From NCBI GenBank assembly GCA_963726255.1, contig CAVSBL010000002.1, positions 2,112,001-2,176,000 on the forward strand: 64,000 bases of DNA. The letters are read 5' to 3'. Under the pieces are notes generated by a model that was not told the origin of the DNA, did no database searches, and saw only the letters and a program-made list of their open reading frames with translations. Source of the DNA: Candidatus Bathyarchaeota archaeon. GTDB taxonomy: Archaea > Thermoproteota > Bathyarchaeia > 40CM-2-53-6. Position numbers and translations under genes: made by a program. This document shows, one piece after another, positions 56,965 to 64,000 of the stretch. The stretch's first letter is position 1, and every line of letters starts with the position of its first letter.

Positions 56965-58758
56965 TCACACACGGTTAGCGGAACTCGACTCTCGCAGCCT
57001 ATCCATTAATTTCGAGAGTTCCTGCCACAATACTGTAGGAAATCCTTCTCCGAGGCTTTCAAAGAACAGCCGAGAAGATTCGAGTTCGTCCATCCACGCT
57101 ACCTTATCCACGCGCAGTAACTCGTCGATTGTAGTTTCCGGAATATTCATTCCCTCCGTATAAAGTGAGGTAGCCGTTGGAACGTAACCTATCGGCGTTT
57201 CAACCGCTTCAGCCTTACCCATGCACCTTTCAACGATCCACTTGAGAACGACGAGGTTGTGACTATACCCGGGCCAGAGAAACCTTCCATCTCGGCCCAT
57301 TCTGAAAGCATTAATCTGGAATATTTTCGGCAGTTTTCCACTCCGTGATCGAAATGATAACCAGTGGTTGAAGTAATCTGCGATGTGGTATCCACAGAAT
57401 GGTTTCATTGCCATGGGATCGTTTCTTAGAACCCCGACCTCACCTGCGGCGGCAGCTGTAGTTTCAACTCTAAGCATTGCTCCCATCAGGACGCCGTGTT
57501 CCCAGTTGAAGGATTCGTAAACTAACGGAACGAGCTCTGGCCTTCTTCCCCCGAAAATTATGGCTGTGATTGGGACTCCGTTTGGATTGTTATATTCGGG
57601 GGATAGGGATGGGTATTGATGGATTGAGGTAGTGAACCTTGAGTTTGGATGGGCGGCGTTTCCAGCAGACTTGCCTGCTGTCCATACTTTTCCCTGCCAA
57701 TCCCAAAGTTTTCTGGGGTGTTCGCCCATGCCTTCCCACCATGGAGTTTTGTCTGAGGACAAGGCGACGTTCGTGAATATTGTGTTCTTCTTGACCATTT
57801 CCATTATTCTTGGGTTGGTCTTCATGCTGGTGTTAGGCGCGACTGCGAAGAATCCGCTCTCGGGATTGATTGCCCTAAACTTTCCTTCTGAATCTAGATG
57901 AATCCAAGCTATATCATCGCTGATCGCCCAGACGTTCCATCCTTTCATGTATTCTGGCGGCTTGAGCATGGTCAAGTTAGTTTTGCCGCTGGCACTGGGA
58001 AACGCCGCCGTCACATAAGTCACCTTGCCCTCTGGATCTTCAATTCCTATGACCAGCATGTGTTCAGCAAGCCATCCCTCATCTCTCGCCATAACACTCG
58101 CGAGTCTGAGGGAGTGGCATTTCTTGCTGAGAAGGGCGTTTCCTCCATAGTTCGAGTTCAAACTCATTACGAGTTTCTCATCCGGAAAATGGCAAATGTA
58201 CCTATTACTTGGGTCAAGTACGCCGGTTGAATGCACGCCCTTCACAAACCCACCGCCCTTCAAGTGGTCTAATGCGACATTACCTACTTTCGTCATGATT
58301 CTCATGTTCGCGGCGACATAGGGGCTGTCAGTTAGCTCAACCCCAACCTGAGAGTAAGGCGAATTTACAGGGCCCAACAAGTAAGGGATAACGTACATTG
58401 TTCGCCCAATCATGCAGCTATCGAAAAGCTTCAGTAACTTTGCGTGGGCCTCATCAGGCGCCATCCAATTGTTGGTGGGGCCCACATAGTCTCTGTTCTC
58501 TGTGCAGATGAAGGTCGCTTCTTCGCTTCTCGCGACATCGTTCGGGTCACTTCTGTGCAGGTAACAGTTTGGATATTTCTCTTCGTTAAGTTTGATCAGA
58601 ATCCCATCTGCAATCATCCCGTTAATGAGAGAATGAAATTCATCTTCAGACCCATCACACCACACAATGCTGGCTGGCTTCGTTATCTTGGCAACGGCAT
58701 CTATCCACTCAATCACAGGTTGCTGAAAGCCATTCCCCGAAGCCTTGAAGACCATCAT
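56965..58758 (-). CDS. pckG: phosphoenolpyruvate carboxykinase (GTP)
   Basis: DVAR.E..TFI, YGGNALL.KK, WLAEHM, FPSASGKTN, DDIAW, AINPE.GFF, HPNSRF, FGGRR, DPMAM.PF. Confidence 0.96.
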   Translation of the reverse strand: MMVFKASGNGFQQPVIEWIDAVAKITKPASIVWCDGSEDEFHSLINGMIADGILIKLNEEKYPNCYLHRSDPNDVARSEEATFICTENRDYVGPTNNWMAPDEAHAKLLKLFDSCMIGRTMYVIPYLLGPVNSPYSQVGVELTDSPYVAANMRIMTKVGNVALDHLKGGGFVKGVHSTGVLDPSNRYICHFPDEKLVMSLNSNYGGNALLSKKCHSLRLASVMARDEGWLAEHMLVIGIEDPEGKVTYVTAAFPSASGKTNLTMLKPPEYMKGWNVWAISDDIAWIHLDSEGKFRAINPESGFFAVAPNTSMKTNPRIMEMVKKNTIFTNVALSSDKTPWWEGMGEHPRKLWDWQGKVWTAGKSAGNAAHPNSRFTTSIHQYPSLSPEYNNPNGVPITAIIFGGRRPELVPLVYESFNWEHGVLMGAMLRVETTAAAAGEVGVLRNDPMAMKPFCGYHIADYFNHWLSFRSRSGKLPKIFQINAFRMGRDGRFLWPGYSHNLVVLKWIVERCMGKAEAVETPIGYVPTATSLYTEGMNIPETTIDELLRVDKVAWMDELESSRLFFESLGEGFPTVLWQELSKLMDRLRESSSANRV

Positions 58759-58881
58759 TATTCTCCTAGATAGAATGCCACTAATCAATTTGTATCGGTT
58801 GAAGCCCGGCTAATAATTCCTGTAAATTCAGGAATGCGCAACCCAATATACCGCTTTCGAGTTCTTTTGGCTTGGCTCTCA

Positions 58882-59259
58882 ATGAGTTCACTGGGGCTAA
58901 ACGATTCGAAGTTCTTCCGTGCGAAGGTTGTCAGTCTTATACTTGATGGGAAGACTGAATTTGCTTTGAAACTTCTTTCGGACTTCTACGGAATCAGCGA
59001 ACCGGACTTGAAGGTAGGAACAGTGAAGCGACACAGGCGAGTTGCAGCATGTTACGTGGAGAACGAGAAGCGCATCTATTTGTCGAAGAGTGAATACTTA
59101 ACGAGCCCCTTTGTCATTTTGCATGAATTCTACCACCATCTAAGGGCTTCCGAAGTGAAGAAGAAGGGGCAAGTCGACAAGCGAGCTGACCTATTCGCTT
59201 CAAACTTCATTCGTGGTTTCGTATCTACGCATGAGTCAAGCAGTAGTGGGAGCCTCTAG
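58882..59259 (+). CDS. small zincin-like (HExxH) hypothetical protein
   Basis: ACY...KRIY, VILHEFYHHL, AD.FA. Confidence 0.7.
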   Translation: MSSLGLNDSKFFRAKVVSLILDGKTEFALKLLSDFYGISEPDLKVGTVKRHRRVAACYVENEKRIYLSKSEYLTSPFVILHEFYHHLRASEVKKKGQVDKRADLFASNFIRGFVSTHESSSSGSL

Positions 59260-60195
59260 CGTGATGGTTCGCCCCGAAGTACCGGATTGAAGAACCACTT
59301 CACAAATCTCCACTGCACGCAGCCCATCCTCCGCACTAACGCGAAATGGGCGATCACTGAGTATGGATTCAGCGAAATGTGCCAGTTCGGCTCGTAGGGG
59401 CTCCTTCCTCTCCAGATACGGCCTTATGGACATGTCAGAGTTCTCGACGGAAATCTCCTGCGAGATATAATCCAACTGGACGGTAGCTTCGCTTCCAGTC
59501 ACAACTAATGTGCGGGTTTTCTGAGGCGTTAGCCAATTTGCATCAATGAACGCAGTCCCACCCTTCTTGAACTGAAGCATGATCTCGGCGTAATCTTCCC
59601 TAGTGTGCCTGATGCTTCCCGTCCTGGCGTGGACAGAGCTAACGTCATCATTGAAGATGTATCTGGCCAAGTCAATGTCGTGGATGGCCGTGTCCCTCAC
59701 AACCCCAACATCGCCTATCCTTTCCGGCCACCTTCCAACCCGCCTTGCGAGGAGCAACATAACTGTGCCGAGTTTTCCTTCCTTAAGCAAAGATTTCAGA
59801 TAATCTACTGCAGGGTTGAAACGTTCAATGTGACCGGGCATCAATCTGAGGCCCTTCCGTTTCGCAAGGGCCAGCAATTCACTTGCTTCCGCAGGAGTGT
59901 TTGTCATCGGTTTCTCCACGAGGGCATGCTTTCCTGCCAACAGAGCCTTTGTTGCGATTTGCTTGTGAGTTGTAGTGGGGGTGCATATTGTTACGGCGTC
60001 TAGGTCTTTGCGTGAAAGAACTTCGTCCACGTTCGTGAAGTAAGGTACGTGAAATTCCGCGCCGACATTCTTGGCGCTGGCTTCTTCGATGTCGCAGATG
60101 CAGACCAGTTCCGCAGGCTCAATCTGAGACAGCACGCGTGCTTGGTTTTTCCCCCAGAAACCTGTCCCCAAGACTGCGGTTCGAAGCTTCTTCAA
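59236..60195 (-). CDS. Gfo/Idh/MocA oxidoreductase (UDP-sugar 3-dehydrogenase WbpB-like)
   Basis: G.GFWG, ICTPT..H, LVEKP, GHIERFNP, DVGVV.D..IHD.D, NWLTP.K.R; coupled to the nucleotide-sugar dehydrogenase. Confidence 0.88.
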   Translation of the reverse strand: MKKLRTAVLGTGFWGKNQARVLSQIEPAELVCICDIEEASAKNVGAEFHVPYFTNVDEVLSRKDLDAVTICTPTTTHKQIATKALLAGKHALVEKPMTNTPAEASELLALAKRKGLRLMPGHIERFNPAVDYLKSLLKEGKLGTVMLLLARRVGRWPERIGDVGVVRDTAIHDIDLARYIFNDDVSSVHARTGSIRHTREDYAEIMLQFKKGGTAFIDANWLTPQKTRTLVVTGSEATVQLDYISQEISVENSDMSIRPYLERKEPLRAELAHFAESILSDRPFRVSAEDGLRAVEICEVVLQSGTSGRTITLEAPTTA

Positions 60196-61595
60196 CGCGT
60201 CCAAACTCCTCTGCCTACACCCCTGTAGACGAGTCCGCTTTTCTCTACACTTGTCGGGTCAAGGATTCCGGTGCAGTCGATAATCAGTCCCTTCTTCGAC
60301 ATGTGAGCTGCAAGTTCAACGGTGTCCATGTTCTTGAAGTCGTCATGTGCGACGGTCAATATCACGCAGTCTGCCTTCTCAACGGCCTTACGCATAGTCT
60401 GCTCAGAGGTCAGGCCGAGTGATTCCATGTCGGACGCATTGAAGAGTGGGTCGAAGGCGGTTACTCTGGCCCCGCGTTTCTTCAAGATCGCTATTAGGTC
60501 AAGGGAAGGGGAGTATCGTGTTTCTTTGACGTTGGGGCGGTAGCTGATTCCAAGGACAACTACTTTCGCTCGTTTGAGTGATTTTCCTGAAACCCGCATC
60601 CCATCCGAAGCCAGCTTGACAACGTGGCGTGGCATGAGGTCGTTCATCTTTCGGCCGTCGAGGACCAACCTGAGCCGAGCGTCGAGAGAATAGGTTTCAC
60701 TGGCCAGAAGATATGGGTACACCGGCAGGCAGTGACCTCCAACCCCGACGCCGGTTGAATGAAGGTGTGAGTAAGGTTGGCTGTTGGCGGCTCTCATTGT
60801 TTCCCTATAATCGACTCCAATCTCCTCGCAGAGAAGAGCGAACTCGTTGGCGAGCGCTATGTTGACGTCCCTGTAAATGGTCTCGAAGAGCTTTGATAGT
60901 TCTGCGGTTTTGATGTCTTGGACGCGGATGAGTTCACCCTTCACTATTACAGAGATTGCAGCGCAAGCCGCCTCGAGGCTTTTCTTGTCAACCGCGCCGA
61001 CAATCTTGCTGTACGTTTGAATGTCTTGGAGTGCTCTTCCCCCCATTGCACGAATCGGACTATAAGCGAGCCCAAAGCCTTGGCCTGCAATAAGACCGGA
61101 GTACTTTTCGATCGTGGCCTTTACCACGCGTTCGGTGACCCCTGGGCCGCAAGTGCTCTCAAATATTACTAGGCTACCGCTCTTCAAGCCCTTGCCTATG
61201 CTTACGCAAGCGTCTTCAACTGCCGAGTAATCCGCGCGTTTCTGCCTGTCTATCATAGTTGGAACTACTATGTAGATAATATCCGAGTTGGCCGCGGCTT
61301 CTTCCGTGTTTGTAGTTGCCGTAAGCTTGCCCGACCTTGTTGTTTTCTTGAGTGCAACAGATAGGCCGGGTTCATCGATTGGGGGGTCTCCCTTCGATAC
61401 CCGCTCGACAACCTTTGGATTCATATCGGCCCCAATTACTCGAGCTCCGGCATCGGCGTAAAGGCATGCTGTTGGCAAGCCCATCCAGCCTAAGCCTACG
61501 ACCCCGACCGTTAGCTCACCGTCCCTGATTCTGACAGCGATTTCGCCTGGTTCGAGGGACAGCGGTGTCTGGGGGGATTGTGTAGTGGATGACAT
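60192..61595 (-). CDS. nucleotide-sugar 6-dehydrogenase (WecC/WbpA family)
   Basis: GLGWMGLP, VPT, EST..PG.T, K.FE..YRDVNIALANE, GVGGHC.P, R.SPS. Confidence 0.92.
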   Translation of the reverse strand: MSSTTQSPQTPLSLEPGEIAVRIRDGELTVGVVGLGWMGLPTACLYADAGARVIGADMNPKVVERVSKGDPPIDEPGLSVALKKTTRSGKLTATTNTEEAAANSDIIYIVVPTMIDRQKRADYSAVEDACVSIGKGLKSGSLVIFESTCGPGVTERVVKATIEKYSGLIAGQGFGLAYSPIRAMGGRALQDIQTYSKIVGAVDKKSLEAACAAISVIVKGELIRVQDIKTAELSKLFETIYRDVNIALANEFALLCEEIGVDYRETMRAANSQPYSHLHSTGVGVGGHCLPVYPYLLASETYSLDARLRLVLDGRKMNDLMPRHVVKLASDGMRVSGKSLKRAKVVVLGISYRPNVKETRYSPSLDLIAILKKRGARVTAFDPLFNASDMESLGLTSEQTMRKAVEKADCVILTVAHDDFKNMDTVELAAHMSKKGLIIDCTGILDPTSVEKSGLVYRGVGRGVWTR

Positions 61596-61662
61596 TAAGC
61601 AATCACCGATTAGTGGCGTCCACAGAAATATTTAACTGTTTTTAACTCTACAGGAGTGAACC

Positions 61663-62493
61663 ATGTCCATCGCGCGCATAAAGGAACAATTGAGAAGGGT
61701 TGGCCTAACGTCCTATGAATCCGAGGCTTACCTTGCACTCCTGCAAAGACGCGAAGTGACTGCTGAAGAGATTTCGAAGATGACGTCGGTTCCAATAACC
61801 CGTGTTTACGGAACCCTTGAGCAGCTCACGCAGAAGGGTTTCGCGAGGATAGTTGAAAGCAGGCCCAAGAAGTTTCATGCCGTTTCCCCTGAAGAAGCGA
61901 GACGCGAATACCTGACCCAGTTGCGGAGAAATTTCGAAACGAACCTCCTTACGCTTGGAGAAACAATGGGAAATCTGCAAAGGCAAGTGGAGCCAATCTA
62001 CGTCGAAAGTCATCTTCAGGTGAAGGCAGAGGAGTTACTTGAGCCGTTGGAGGATTTGAGAATCATGGAGAAAAGGACTGGTGATTACGTTCAAGAAGCG
62101 ACGGAAGAAATCATGATTTCCACAGCATTATTCTCTTGGCTTCCTAAACTGAAAACTCAACTTAGGAACGCGTTGGCAAGGGGTGTGAGTGTCAGAATCC
62201 TGATGCAGCTTGCAGACAGCCGAGTCAAACGGCACCTCGATGATCTCAACAACTTAGGGGCGCAGATCAGAGATACCGCTGACCCATGGCATCCAGTCCG
62301 CGGAACATTAATTGATAACAATGATCTGATTTTCGTAATATGGGCGGCGGAAGAGGCGGAGCGCCATTGGAACCCCATTGTTTACACACCAAACCATACG
62401 AAAAACCCGGGGTTGATCAGGATTTTTCGTGAGTCGTTCCTGTACCGGTGGAGTAACTCCAAGAAAATAGCCACGGTAAGGTTGGTCAAATGA
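61663..62493 (+). CDS. TrmB family transcriptional regulator
   Basis: GLT.YE..AY.ALL, VP..RVY..L..L..KG, RP..F.AV.P, C-terminal RGV.VRIL domain. Confidence 0.92.
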   Translation: MSIARIKEQLRRVGLTSYESEAYLALLQRREVTAEEISKMTSVPITRVYGTLEQLTQKGFARIVESRPKKFHAVSPEEARREYLTQLRRNFETNLLTLGETMGNLQRQVEPIYVESHLQVKAEELLEPLEDLRIMEKRTGDYVQEATEEIMISTALFSWLPKLKTQLRNALARGVSVRILMQLADSRVKRHLDDLNNLGAQIRDTADPWHPVRGTLIDNNDLIFVIWAAEEAERHWNPIVYTPNHTKNPGLIRIFRESFLYRWSNSKKIATVRLVK

Positions 62494-63557
62494 AGGTCTG
62501 GCTGGACATACTTACACCAAAGCAGGCCAATTTCTTTGGTGAACTTCAACATCGTCTCAGTGCAAAGGGTTTCAAAACCGTGTTGACCACCAGGGAATAC
62601 CGAGAAGTAAACGAACTGTTGGAACTCAAAGGGGTCAAAGCTATACAAGCAGGACGGTATGGTGGGGGAGAACTCAAAGACAAACTCCTCGAGAGTTCCA
62701 AGCGAGTTTCGGCTTTAACAGAAGTCATAGAAGACGAACAACCAGACGTGGCAATTTCCTTTTCCTCGCCAGAAGCCGCTCGAGTCGCCTTCGGCCTGAA
62801 GGTCCCTCACTTTTGCATCAGTGATTCACCTCACGCCGAAGCAGTCTGCAAGCTGACGGTACCACTCTCACAAAAGCTATTCACGCCGTGGGTGATCCCC
62901 ACGCATGCTTGGACGCGATACGGTGTAAACCCCCGGGATGTCGTTAAGTACAGGGCTTTAGACCCGGTGGTATGGTTGAGTGGCTACAAGAGTGATACGA
63001 AGGCGCTTGATGGCTTGAACCTGGACCGGGATAAGCCTATTGTTGTTATCAGGACTCCTGAAGAATTTGCCGCATACCTAGGCGATCGGTCTTCCACTTT
63101 ATCGAACAAGGTAACTGATGTCATTGGGAAAGTCTTGGATGTCAACGGCGACGGTATGCAGGTTGTGGTCTTGCCGAGGTACAATGTGCAAGGCGACAGG
63201 CTGAGAAAGCGTTTCGGAAATCGGGTGATTGTTCCAGAGCATATTATCGATGCTGTCCCTCTCATGCGTGCCTCCTCCGTGTTCGTTGGTGGGGGTGGAA
63301 CGATGACGGCTGAGGCTGCCTTGCTTGGGGTCCCTGTGATCTCTTACTACCCAGGCGATCCAACTTTTGTAGAGCGTTTTCTGATAAAATATGGCTTAGT
63401 TGAAAGGGTGCTCGACCCCGGCCGAATCGCTCAAAGGGCCTTTGCCATATCGAAGAGCGAGGATTTCCGTGAATTCTATCAGAAGAAATCAACCAAGCTG
63501 CTCCGAAGCTTGGAGGACCCTCTGCGCGTTATTATTCACCGAATCTTCAAAGCTTAG
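62490..63557 (+). CDS. DUF354 family GT-B-fold protein
   Basis: KVW.DILTPKQ, SSPEAARVAFGL, DSPHA, GGGTM..EAALLG.P.IS. Confidence 0.88.
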   Translation: MKVWLDILTPKQANFFGELQHRLSAKGFKTVLTTREYREVNELLELKGVKAIQAGRYGGGELKDKLLESSKRVSALTEVIEDEQPDVAISFSSPEAARVAFGLKVPHFCISDSPHAEAVCKLTVPLSQKLFTPWVIPTHAWTRYGVNPRDVVKYRALDPVVWLSGYKSDTKALDGLNLDRDKPIVVIRTPEEFAAYLGDRSSTLSNKVTDVIGKVLDVNGDGMQVVVLPRYNVQGDRLRKRFGNRVIVPEHIIDAVPLMRASSVFVGGGGTMTAEAALLGVPVISYYPGDPTFVERFLIKYGLVERVLDPGRIAQRAFAISKSEDFREFYQKKSTKLLRSLEDPLRVIIHRIFKA

Positions 63558-63798
63558 TCGTTTGCCTACCTAGAGCTCGCCATAGGTAAGCGTCAGTTGT
63601 CTTCTTCCAAACGAGCAGCCAAGTCAGAACGATTACGCCTGCCAAGAAGTTCCTCCCTACCTGGGTTGCGAAGCGTTCGGTTATGGTTGCGTTTCCTAGG
63701 TTGATGGAAAAGGCAACCTTGGCGATGAGGAATGTACAGAGTAGAAGAATCAGCCAGACAAACACTTCAATGGTGACGAGGGGGAGAAGGCGTCTCAA
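63547..63798 (-). CDS. small two-TM membrane protein
   Basis: 83 aa, two hydrophobic segments, start overlaps the upstream stop codon. Confidence 0.65.
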   Translation of the reverse strand: MRRLLPLVTIEVFVWLILLLCTFLIAKVAFSINLGNATITERFATQVGRNFLAGVIVLTWLLVWKKTTDAYLWRALGRQTTKL

Positions 63799-63998
63799 AT
63801 TCTACCACTCAACATAATCCAGTAGGTTACGAGGGCCAGAACCGAGGAGACCGCCGTCAGAATCATCATTCCCCTCACGATCTGTTTCTCACCTAGCGGC
63901 CCTTCGGCCAATATTAGGCGAGCCATTGTGACAGGCGCACCTTTCTCAGTACTGGCTCTGAGCAAACCATTATTCATGAGTCTGATTGGCCGTTGATG
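63795..63998 (-). CDS. C-terminal fragment of a MraY/GPT family GlcNAc-1-phosphate transferase (AglH-like), partial
   Basis: G.L.A....AP.T.ARLIL..GPL.E..IV followed by a TM helix; frame open to the window edge; adjacent to glycan genes. Confidence 0.6.
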   Translation of the reverse strand, partial: HQRPIRLMNNGLLRASTEKGAPVTMARLILAEGPLGEKQIVRGMMILTAVSSVLALVTYWIMLSGRI

Positions 63999-64000
63999 AA

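Noticed and set aside
56965-58758. pckG looks somewhat more AT-rich and has SASGKT instead of SACGKT, suggesting horizontal transfer
   Set aside because: The compositional difference is modest and was not computed, there are no mobility signatures, and the Cys-to-Ser change alone is weak evidence.
1-64000. Selenocysteine/pyrrolysine readthrough, inteins, transposases, integrases, rRNA and tRNA genes
   Set aside because: No in-frame stop splits a conserved domain, proteins such as Cdc48 and FEN1 have normal lengths, and no such motifs were recognised by eye.

Overview
A gene-dense 64 kb archaeal window. Cdc48, aEF-1beta, HVO_2753-type zinc finger, FEN1 with PIP box, Trm5, Trm112, geranylgeranyl reductase, TrmB, an AglH-like end and a CFI-box-CTERM protein point to a TACK archaeon, plausibly Bathyarchaeia (inference). 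The left half (about 4.4-32.9 kb) is a nucleobase-catabolism island. It holds two xanthine-dehydrogenase-family Mo-enzyme triads with two interleaved MoaD/ubiquitin-like proteins, XdhC, an F420-type LLM reductase, adenine deaminase, a BMP nucleoside ABC importer, an SsnA/MtaD-like amidohydrolase, two PLP fold-II enzymes, and two non-OTC, YgeW-like carbamoyltransferases flanking carbamate kinase. I propose this is an archaeal, F420-linked, ATP-yielding variant of reductive purine degradation. An uncharacterised nucleotidyltransferase / APC permease / phosphodiesterase trio sits inside it. Also present are a BlaI/M56-type pair with candidate operators, tandem Phr/HSR1-like operators around the cdc48 promoter, an EMO-EtfBA module, a large beta-propeller surface protein and glycan biosynthesis genes. 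Three reading-frame disruptions (about 26.9, 28.1 and 35.9 kb) may be assembly errors. No rRNA, tRNA, CRISPR array or transposase was seen. All family assignments are by-eye motif recognition; no database search was run.
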